From a virus: a stretch of 64,000 bases of DNA. Where the stretch lies: IMG/VR virus record IMGVR_UViG_3300042558_005120, positions 32,001 to 96,000 of that record; one strand, written 5' to 3'. Positions 57,501 through 64,000 of the stretch are shown in pieces; position 1 is the first letter of the stretch, and the number at the start of each line of letters is the position of its first letter. A program made the position numbers and the translations under genes. The notes beneath the pieces were generated by a model. It saw only the letters and a list, made by a program, of their open reading frames with translations, did no database searches and had not been told where the DNA came from.

Positions 57501-59048
57501 ATACCTTGGGTCATTGATAATTTTTCTCAGATATCCACCCAGCTTGCTCGTTTCTCGAATGTCGAATGATTTAATAATCCGAGCATCTTTAAAATATTCA
57601 GATATTGCATCCTTTTTGTTGAAATCTGAGTAATAGCTTTCTGGGTCAATTGGATGATTGACTCTTAAAATAATAAAGAAATCCGGCAACTTTTTACGAA
57701 TCCACAAAGGAGCTAAAAATGAATAATTCTCATCATAAAATTTACTTTTTAATTGAGTTATTCCATAATTATAAAAATTATCAAACTGTTGATAGTACTC
57801 AGTTTTATTATTTAAATACTGATTGTCAAATTGATAAAGACCAAAAACAGTTTCAGTTGGAGTATTTCCATTTTTAAAGAACGAGTATAAATCCTTTTGA
57901 TAAGTTGAATTTGTGCTGATTGCAAATCTTTTATATTCACTTTTTGCGAGTTCTTCATTTGCATCAAATGAGTTTAACCAAATATCACCAACTGAGTCTG
58001 TTGTAATTTTAACATTGCCACTTAACTTTGGGTTTGTTTTTAGTAATGAAAAACTCGTTTGGTCTTCGTATAACGGATCTGTGAAGCTATATTGAATGCC
58101 AACCATATCCCTTTGTGTTCGGGCATAATTTTCTGGGTACCCAAAGAAATGGATTTCTTGAAAATCCAAATTAGTTGCAGGTCCTGAGAAATCTTTGACA
58201 CCGAATGGACCCGAGCCTGCATACAAATTAACCAAATTTCTTAAATTTGAATTTGTTACAAGTGGCAATTCTGCAATTAGAATATTTAATTTAAGATGAC
58301 TAGCTTCTGCGCCATTATAGTCAATTCGTATCGTTGCTCCTCTGGTTTCAAGATTGTTATTGCTATTAGATGCTATAAATGGTGAAATATTATTGGATGG
58401 TATGACTATTAATTGATTTATTTTTCTTTCAACGTATCCCGTTCCAGCAATTCCGGGTGCGCCTAATGGAAGGTTATTAGTAGTTCCGTCAAACGGATTC
58501 GGCACCGTGGTGTCATATGTATAGTCAACAATAAAGGAGGGCGAATAAATATTTTCCGCTTGTGTCTGAGAATTTACGCAATTAATATTCCAAGAACCGC
58601 TGTCTTCTGAATAAACCCCAAAGGTAAATAGCCCAGTCGAACCTGTTGCCGCAACAGTAAAAGGATTATCAAAAGTAAGTTCAACTGCGGTACCGCCTTG
58701 TACTATACTTGTGATTTCCGTTGGAAGTTGTACTCCTAAATTCTCATAACTCTTTAACGTTAAATTAGTCCCAAGATGATTATATCCGCCGGAAAGTCCT
58801 GGAAACGGATTACTAGGCTGTGAAATAATATTTCCAGTAGTATTTGAGGTTTTTTCAATCTCAACGTCAGCGATATGAGTTTCAAACGTATTTGGTTGCG
58901 GATATAATACCAAACATAAAGAATTATTTGGATCAATTGCACCTGGTTCCGCACTGTCATTTCGGGTAATTGTTAAGAAATAACTACTTTTTCCCTGTAG
59001 AACTATTTCTCGCTCACAGTCTATTTTATAAAAATTAGGACCTGTCAT
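51585..59048 (-). CDS. Very large putative virion (baseplate/tail) protein (2487 aa)
   Basis: Uninterrupted 7.5-kb ORF in the structural run; no catalytic motif recognised. Confidence 0.6.
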   Translation of the reverse strand: MTGPNFYKIDCEREIVLQGKSSYFLTITRNDSAEPGAIDPNNSLCLVLYPQPNTFETHIADVEIEKTSNTTGNIISQPSNPFPGLSGGYNHLGTNLTLKSYENLGVQLPTEITSIVQGGTAVELTFDNPFTVAATGSTGLFTFGVYSEDSGSWNINCVNSQTQAENIYSPSFIVDYTYDTTVPNPFDGTTNNLPLGAPGIAGTGYVERKINQLIVIPSNNISPFIASNSNNNLETRGATIRIDYNGAEASHLKLNILIAELPLVTNSNLRNLVNLYAGSGPFGVKDFSGPATNLDFQEIHFFGYPENYARTQRDMVGIQYSFTDPLYEDQTSFSLLKTNPKLSGNVKITTDSVGDIWLNSFDANEELAKSEYKRFAISTNSTYQKDLYSFFKNGNTPTETVFGLYQFDNQYLNNKTEYYQQFDNFYNYGITQLKSKFYDENYSFLAPLWIRKKLPDFFIILRVNHPIDPESYYSDFNKKDAISEYFKDARIIKSFDIRETSKLGGYLRKIINDPRYKERPLDVSWDQDTATYWNGISYQKATMTGKGEYLYDFYTQDRPVKEFEEYITDGFQRNGIISTNLMNLEFLFDDEEADLYSINRYIGLYVSENQLAEFEIEPTVLGKIFEQTPAPKPGVDGQPYTLRTFVQNNPNGIEIPVNYYHNSTYSVNGTNLPENPGLVVGKFPLPTMVDDPLRLFYIKDRDDVFKRITEIKEVDYGYPGTTDYRRITQLKLFDNSENISKYGGVNDIVSQFPANLLGSGNSQLRLHLLDNNGTGVFETDEELLIKVKRYNDAGGANTYYVQITNVTPTSVSVQYFINQSVDQLAAGFSQPAVGSSVTLTIGNTSGFSVGEKIYIVTGGYYQITAITSTTQMDVVNIGGPQNALPTTAIGQYALLANSLTGEATYFLSPLGFLLNIDNYLTINLLSFGITPYSVLDSWRIEVDFPVIQKFVLPGTLTTSALDAEYKTGYEQFTWKMIASGIGLPAGDAWDYPQYDPNSFEWISQFSNEGSPEDVAGALAMCINSFQNIPVTAWADGRVVYLKSKLQFEEGNSITFIRNLKQTSIYENLGFYEDANVDRGTKLSLVDYNGTGGPNYYLTNVFPEMVDQPASYNIAGSYFVRISRGVNLTTVFVRRYVDPTTYATAIATGVMPVYNFTFPTTDDRYFDSRLPFSIDIKQIPFNTVHEQVYTITSELVVEQLFVGGIKRIRNRAAIEITDAEKYYQNRQIKRSVNLTTGSNNISISPTGMYIGATVSGNGIPAGTIVSDIRATEISISNSATISGSSELTIGSISILNDTVIYQQWYQCLKEMYRRMKGWEVQGKLVYSLPYLEEPTFDAEEYLNGYANYQTKAIIQLDDPTQEFFYSPDKRVVAYSVYRPTMGVFSVYPIKAFDFDYFLSDYAYTPTLEAIKYFESETLESGDTIELYPFNNYKITQTTTATFTMVISAYDGNRKEWLDIDTIVMDGLDTSKSIILNTFYPFYDYDINEYPYKSETVFVSGKQYTAAGRRNYDRRYLYTPDGDIIYPTLFRLRYQSSGADSITITNANYTVDQDIATFNGFAGIQDITSIGDADVIEQLKQNGEFINAFTYQLLFSEYDRLRENYNKDWAVKSKVVPYINKWAQEGTDARDNYYRLNNSMAFGIANISPAENVDFSETALLTQEFPYLDSVPKDYPISNLESTRGYFFSKLSDVVTKSKSWYELFTSDNTNDWFTKYFSVGYPSDLNYNGEPIPKPRDERFTFFKYNDGIGQSQTLFRGGKIQLLSFNETLPGRPLNLDNSEFNDYKFSAITRFEPFEPYAKQKPVDIQVFRNKKWKWVVLLITVRIQDYRTQSGSGEFMFQYFMNDILSNHKQNQFLLDLATPTPLAASSQLRNFYPYNSKPSLGFNDYLDAAALRPRQGMLGGGYVHLGDKKLGGIAADTPSVSPIYTPSLSGPQLEFGFNNIDNRYNFNVLEEIYPIQNNYRIDPTIYTINTNFSKVVARNYGREGFTFNFLTVYKNDSPLRYTIRTSVDNQSRDNVFNTASIKIGAGEYYNGFSALFTPLLSPGFNGSNSPNYLTNQVDNQIPLPEMETYHLEGGTLGFQSIKFYLTYGNLFKLFNTSDPIVEYFDISDAGETKYNPGENTYQLKFISPDAIIKENVLNYSPDQDKPDEFRTIETVGYNIVNTGGREFLLRHRGVYEPKTRDVLSFWLREDSEMSNHFEIDFLLKNTRIDNLSQLTGIVKNYGINKVATAGNIMQIARTSAYKSVYPLVNEIAVDASDYFVFSSTWDGGFYREYSTTSNFTQKDGINEMTEYKTFLASKAMNVPKSFEFHTFNNTDEVTFTVIEPSLSIGIDTLSTGNAAQQSKPNANRPKLIIRLNLRNRLLRQLLSDIDSIPNNDFERLLTITSNTTLSGLTQTEIDELKVEYFTKNILQLYEVFNISLYFKNQKGLDILNLNLTELEKARAGYKIDKNCQLTTISDFEFEITKILDPKVDAGFSLAATLKRI

Positions 59049-59049
59049 T

Positions 59050-62000
59050 TTATATTGTTAGTGTTTTAATTGTATTTTTGTTGTAAACAATATTTTGTAA
59101 CTCTTTGTTAATTACAGGAGTTGCGGTAGCAACAACTTGGCTTAATGATGTTTTCTTATATGCTGCACTTACTTGGATATCAAATGAGAAAACAGATTCG
59201 TCTTGTGAATAAACGTCTAAACCAATTCTTCTACTATATTGTAATTGTTTCGGATATACTGTTGTTCCATTATAACCTCCAACATATCCATTTCCAGCGC
59301 CACCGGCGGGGCCGTAATAGTCTTCCATTCGGAATTGGAAAATAATTGGAATTAGGATTGCATTATTATCCCCGGTTTCAACTTCTTTCTTGGAACGAGC
59401 ATCTGTTCCGTCTACGTTTAATTGATTGAAAGTTGATGGCCCAACAAATAGATATGAACCGCAAGTCTGTTCACCAATCAAATAACGGTCGTCTGAGATG
59501 AATCCAAATTTATCTGGTAATTCGTTTAAACTGCTTGGAGAGTATGGTGTTGCTGTTGTTGTATTAGCTAAAAATCTTTGATAATAAGCTAGTTGTGGTG
59601 ACCATTTTCCAGTTGACGATACACTAGAATTTACACCAAAGGCGTGGACGAATCTTGATACTGCTTCATTTGCTAATGGAAATCCAGTTGTTGTATCAAT
59701 TGTAACATCTGGTGTTTGGAAGCTGTTAACACCTGATAGGTTAATAGCCGTTCCGCCATTTAAAGCAGGATGGTCAGTATGAATACAAAATGCAGAAACT
59801 GTACCATTTCCGTTTGGTAATGTTCCAGTATAGCTTCCTCGCCAAATAAAAGGTTCAGTCCCGGTTCCAGGAACAGTTGGAACCAGTTTTCTATCAATTA
59901 ACGTGGGCGTTTCAATGTAAAGAGGATTTAATAAACCAATATCAGTAAATCGACTAAACATAAATTGTCCGGTTGTTTGTCCACTTTGATAATATGCGGT
60001 TGTGTATTTATTCGCATTATTAGTATCAGACGCACCTATACTTGTTTGAACAATTGGTGTTCGGTCATATTTACGGAATTTATTATAGTCGCTATCATTA
60101 CTTGGCGCAAAAAGAGTACTTGAAATTGCAGCGTATGGAGAGCCCACGCCAAATGTTGGAATTGGTGGAGTTGAAGTACTTGTTAAAGTTGTTGGCAACG
60201 GCCCTCCGATTCCACCTGGAAATACAGAAACTAATTGTAAAGGTGTTGCTTCGCTATTTTGTATTGCAATTTGATAAGTTTTATTAACAATTGCACCTCT
60301 TTGCTCATTTGCCGGCAATAAATCAACATAGTCTCGGTAGTATCCAGCAAATAGTTGAACAACATCTCCGGTATTGATTGCTACTTTAGCATTATTGTCT
60401 GGGTCAATAATAAAAACTGCAATTTTTCCAGTAACTCTATTTAAACGGTCTTCTAACGTGGCAATTCTTGTTTCATATTCTTTGAGTTTTTCATATAAAG
60501 AAATAACATTTCCCTCAGATGTATAGAAATTTGAAGAAACCACATCAGCATTATGTGCATAATATCTTTCGGCTGCATTGAACGAACTGCTCAGGTGTGT
60601 ATATAATCCTTGAGCCTGAAGGTCGGTTTCAACTCTAACAATAATAGATTCACTTGATGCTTCTTGAAGTGCAACTGTTGCTTCGTCTTCAGTAATCAAA
60701 TCGGTTGGGAACTCAATTGAAATTGTTGCTGATGGCTCAGACAAAAGTGGATTTAATGGCCATCCCGCTTCTGAAACTGAAACAATATAAAATTCAACGG
60801 TTTCACCTTTGCTAATCGGAATGTCTACTTGATTGATATTAATAATATCTGCATCTTCAACGTTTTCTTCAGCCCAAACGTATTTACCGGTCCCAATGTC
60901 GTAAACCTTAGGTCTGATTTCCGATTTGACCATTTGCAAATTACTGTATGTTCCTCTTTTTACTTGTCCATTTTGATCTGTATATTCGTATTGTTTGACA
61001 TTACTTTGACTGCCATCCGGGCGAACATACCGATAATAAGTATAGAATTGAATTACACTTTGTGAACCAGTTTTAGGATCGAGTTTTGGATTTGGAATTC
61101 CAAAAAAACCTCGGATTCTATATTTAGGTGAATCCAATGCTGCAGGTGCATCTTTTCCAATTGCAGTTAATTCATTAACAATCGAAGAATAAAGTGAAGA
61201 TTTTGAGCCAAGTTCACGGATCAAACTATCCAAGTCATTTTTTACTGCTCTTCTTTCAGTATCTGAATTAAACTTTTGAGAATTAAGAGTTTCTTTCTTT
61301 TTATCAATTGCCTTTTCCAATTCAACAATTTCTGAAGAAAGTTTAACTTTATCAGATTGTTTTTTTCTGATACTTTGAACAGTTGCTTGATCCAATTTAT
61401 GGTCGTTGACTAAAACTACACTAAAATTAGTAGCGTCAACCACCGGTGCATCTGGGGTCAATCCATCAACTGCAGAGATTTGATTTTCTTTTGCCTGACT
61501 TAATAGTAAATTTCCAAAATCTAAAACATTATCTTGGTAAAATTTTTGCATTGTTACCTGTCCAGTTTCACCGTCAATATTTAAATCATTTGTTGAGAAC
61601 GAAATACCAGGAGAGTAAATAGTTGAAATAAGATTTTCCTCATCATTCACGGTTCGGAAAAATACAACCAGACTTTCATTAAATCCAATACCTACATTTA
61701 CCGTTTTGGGTGAAAAGGTCTCAGAGTAATATTCAATAGATTCTCCAACTACGATTGGGTCATATCCACTTAACCTGCGTAATCTAACAAATTTTGTACT
61801 TGCATCTATTTCGATAACTTCGTATAAAGATTCGGCTTTTATCATTCGGTCACCCGGACGTAAAACTTGTGTGTCCTTGGTCAATGATAAGTTATCTGTG
61901 TAAGTTAATTTGTTTAATAAATACCAACGTTTTGTTGAAGTTGTATTGTCCGGATTTGTAACGGTTCGGTCTTCAGAATTAACCACAACAAAATCACCCG

Positions 62001-62643
62001 AGAATCGAACAATTGAAAGCGGAAGGTCAATAACCTCATCATCTATAAAATAGTTGATACCGTTTTTCTGCAAGTCAACCATCAAAGAGACATAATCCAA
62101 GTTATTTCTACCTTTCAAATTGTCAGTATAATAAGCAACCTTTCGATCTGTATCAAGATTTAAAATCATTCTTTTAACATACACCTTTGACTCTTGCTGT
62201 GGTATATAAGGTGTAACATCAAAACTTACTTTTAATGCCGGCGTATATAAACTTTCAAAAAACCAATTGTTCTCAGCAATAAATTTTGTCGGAACAGTAA
62301 CTTGTCCAATTGGTTTTGGATTTTTAATGTATGCTGCTTGGTAGATTTTTTTAAACGAACCGTCCGGCATTCGGATGAAAGCGTCACTACCATCAAATCC
62401 CATCAACTTCTGGATTGTTGTGTCAATTCGAGCAATGCTACTTTTTAGATATCCAAATGAAGGTATACTGTAAGTTTGCACCGTTCCATCGAGACCTGTT
62501 ACACTTATCTGTACGGTTTCTGAATTTGAAATCGTTGCAGTTTGAACTTGTTGAAGTGTAGTTAAAGCATTATTTTGCAATCGGATAAAATTTGCTAAAA
62601 TCGTAGCAAAACTATTATCAGTTGTATTTGGATTTGTTGCCAT
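59050..62643 (-). CDS. Large putative virion protein with coiled-coil segments (1197 aa)
   Basis: Long ORF in the structural run, preceded by a CATATATA variant motif. Confidence 0.6.
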   Translation of the reverse strand: MATNPNTTDNSFATILANFIRLQNNALTTLQQVQTATISNSETVQISVTGLDGTVQTYSIPSFGYLKSSIARIDTTIQKLMGFDGSDAFIRMPDGSFKKIYQAAYIKNPKPIGQVTVPTKFIAENNWFFESLYTPALKVSFDVTPYIPQQESKVYVKRMILNLDTDRKVAYYTDNLKGRNNLDYVSLMVDLQKNGINYFIDDEVIDLPLSIVRFSGDFVVVNSEDRTVTNPDNTTSTKRWYLLNKLTYTDNLSLTKDTQVLRPGDRMIKAESLYEVIEIDASTKFVRLRRLSGYDPIVVGESIEYYSETFSPKTVNVGIGFNESLVVFFRTVNDEENLISTIYSPGISFSTNDLNIDGETGQVTMQKFYQDNVLDFGNLLLSQAKENQISAVDGLTPDAPVVDATNFSVVLVNDHKLDQATVQSIRKKQSDKVKLSSEIVELEKAIDKKKETLNSQKFNSDTERRAVKNDLDSLIRELGSKSSLYSSIVNELTAIGKDAPAALDSPKYRIRGFFGIPNPKLDPKTGSQSVIQFYTYYRYVRPDGSQSNVKQYEYTDQNGQVKRGTYSNLQMVKSEIRPKVYDIGTGKYVWAEENVEDADIININQVDIPISKGETVEFYIVSVSEAGWPLNPLLSEPSATISIEFPTDLITEDEATVALQEASSESIIVRVETDLQAQGLYTHLSSSFNAAERYYAHNADVVSSNFYTSEGNVISLYEKLKEYETRIATLEDRLNRVTGKIAVFIIDPDNNAKVAINTGDVVQLFAGYYRDYVDLLPANEQRGAIVNKTYQIAIQNSEATPLQLVSVFPGGIGGPLPTTLTSTSTPPIPTFGVGSPYAAISSTLFAPSNDSDYNKFRKYDRTPIVQTSIGASDTNNANKYTTAYYQSGQTTGQFMFSRFTDIGLLNPLYIETPTLIDRKLVPTVPGTGTEPFIWRGSYTGTLPNGNGTVSAFCIHTDHPALNGGTAINLSGVNSFQTPDVTIDTTTGFPLANEAVSRFVHAFGVNSSVSSTGKWSPQLAYYQRFLANTTTATPYSPSSLNELPDKFGFISDDRYLIGEQTCGSYLFVGPSTFNQLNVDGTDARSKKEVETGDNNAILIPIIFQFRMEDYYGPAGGAGNGYVGGYNGTTVYPKQLQYSRRIGLDVYSQDESVFSFDIQVSAAYKKTSLSQVVATATPVINKELQNIVYNKNTIKTLTI

Positions 62644-62665
62644 CTTTATTATTTATATATGTATT

Positions 62666-64000
62666 TTAAAAAATATCAGCAGTAAACGTATAAGTTGCTG
62701 GGTCTAAGCAAACCAATTCAATCGTGGGTGCATTATTTCTGGATTCAAAATCTAAGTAAGAAACAAATGCAATTTCAGCTGAGTAAGGGAATCCCGTATT
62801 TAATTTGTCCAACGCATCTGAGTAGATAATAAAATTAAAACTTCCATTGCTGTTATCTAAATCGATTCCATTTGTAAATGAAATTCGAATTATTTGTCCT
62901 TTTTCCCAAGTCAATTGTGAGTCATCAATATAGACAATAACATCTCGGTCAACAATCAAAGGATTACCAGGTGAACCATCTGTAATTTTTAAATAATTAC
63001 TAAATGTGTTTAGTTGATGTATATATGCGTAGTTAGTTGGGTTCGCTGCAAAGTCACTTAGGATACTTACTTGTGGACGAGTTCCAACATTAAACGCTTG
63101 ATTGTTATTAATTACCTTAACTTGTCCCGCTTGTGATTTGTCTAATGTAATTCCTTGTCCCGGAACTAAGATATCTAGGTTATAAGACATCTCAACCGAA
63201 GTTTTATTTTGGTAAATGTTTGTGATTTCCTGGTAGTTTCTTTGGATTAAATTGAGTAAGTTTTGCGTGTTTGTATAAATTGCTGCATTGTCAGAAACCG
63301 AATCAACTAATTCTGCAATTTGTAATTTAATCTCTTCTGCATTTTCATTTGTTAAGATAAATTCTTGAAGTTCACTGAATTTAATTTGCAAGTCACTAAT
63401 TACTTGTTGATTTCCCGTTAATAAAGTAACAGCGGTCATCATCTCATTTAATGCCTCCATATACAATTCCAATGAATATGGATTGTAGTTATTAATGTTT
63501 GTCTCAATTGCAGTATCTTGAGTATTGACATCAAATTTCAAATTAACTCTGAAAGAATACGAGTTTCCATTTTCACCTGTAAGTGAATTTGGTTTATATT
63601 TTGTCAAGCGTGGAATTACCCCGCCTCCTGCAGGTAGCGGATCAACATTGTCTAAGAAAAGAACACCAAACAAGTTGGTAGTACTGTTACTTGGATTTGC
63701 AGGGTCGTATAAATCATAATAGATTAGGACCGCATTAAAATCAAAAGTCTGAGCATTTGCAGTTTCGTTAAATGTTCCAAAATCTTTAGTTTGCAAACTA
63801 CTGATTCCCGAATAAACTTCTGGTAAAAATTCAAGTGAAATACCGTCAAGTTTTGAGCGAGTATATTCAACTTCTTTATTGACACTTTCAATTTTAAATC
63901 GGTCATTTGCCGAATTACCAAAAGAACTAGGTTCTAGGAAATAAGTATTTGCAATCGGATTACTAAACCACCATTGGAATCCTGGGTTACCGTTTTGCAC
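62666..64000 (-). CDS. Putative virion protein, 5'-truncated by the window edge
   Basis: Open to the window end; central coiled coil. Confidence 0.55.
   Translation of the reverse strand: MQNGNPGFQWWFSNPIANTYFLEPSSFGNSANDRFKIESVNKEVEYTRSKLDGISLEFLPEVYSGISSLQTKDFGTFNETANAQTFDFNAVLIYYDLYDPANPSNSTTNLFGVLFLDNVDPLPAGGGVIPRLTKYKPNSLTGENGNSYSFRVNLKFDVNTQDTAIETNINNYNPYSLELYMEALNEMMTAVTLLTGNQQVISDLQIKFSELQEFILTNENAEEIKLQIAELVDSVSDNAAIYTNTQNLLNLIQRNYQEITNIYQNKTSVEMSYNLDILVPGQGITLDKSQAGQVKVINNNQAFNVGTRPQVSILSDFAANPTNYAYIHQLNTFSNYLKITDGSPGNPLIVDRDVIVYIDDSQLTWEKGQIIRISFTNGIDLDNSNGSFNFIIYSDALDKLNTGFPYSAEIAFVSYLDFESRNNAPTIELVCLDPATYTFTADIF

Noticed and set aside
39-63921. Plus-strand ORFs and short nested minus-strand ORFs in the track
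   Set aside because: They lie within or antisense to well-supported minus-strand genes, carry no motifs, and read like shadow frames.
1-64000. tRNA, rRNA or self-splicing intron
   Set aside because: Intergenic gaps are short and none was recognisable by eye; tRNAscan-SE or Infernal would be needed to exclude them formally.

Overview
This window is a 64 kb, AT-rich segment of a large T4-like (jumbo-type) phage genome. Essentially all genuine genes are on the minus strand and read in the standard code. The host is probably a Bacteroidetes; this is an inference from the absence of obvious Shine-Dalgarno sites, A-rich leaders, a DUF4468-like gene and a small lipoprotein with D-S/T motifs. In transcription order (right to left) the window holds: very large virion genes (42-64 kb); a replication/recombination block with RuvC-like, SSB, primase, UvsY-like, exonuclease and UvsW genes (35-42 kb); an accessory array with endolysin and holin-like genes (20-35 kb); and a second replication block with PolB, RNR, topoisomerase II, clamp, UvsX, helicase and gp47 (1-20 kb). 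Four things stand out. (1) About 19 otherwise unrelated ORFs share an N-terminal leader, consensus MKHIKTFESFLNE, resembling the T4 internal-protein capsid-targeting sequence. It is partly conserved at DNA level and is fused to candidate effector enzymes, suggesting a modular virion-packaged payload array. (2) Three core replication proteins are fractured: the helicase by an atypically split intein with a homing endonuclease and a host-like cargo gene between the halves, UvsX by a canonical split intein, and PolB into two intein-free genes about 10.8 kb apart. (3) Two recurrent promoter-like motifs track gene class: AAACT-N14-(G/T)CATA for replication genes and TGATATATA for late genes. (4) Two short genes are missing from the ORF track: a holin-like gene and a lipoprotein. 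All family assignments come from motif recognition by eye, not database searches.
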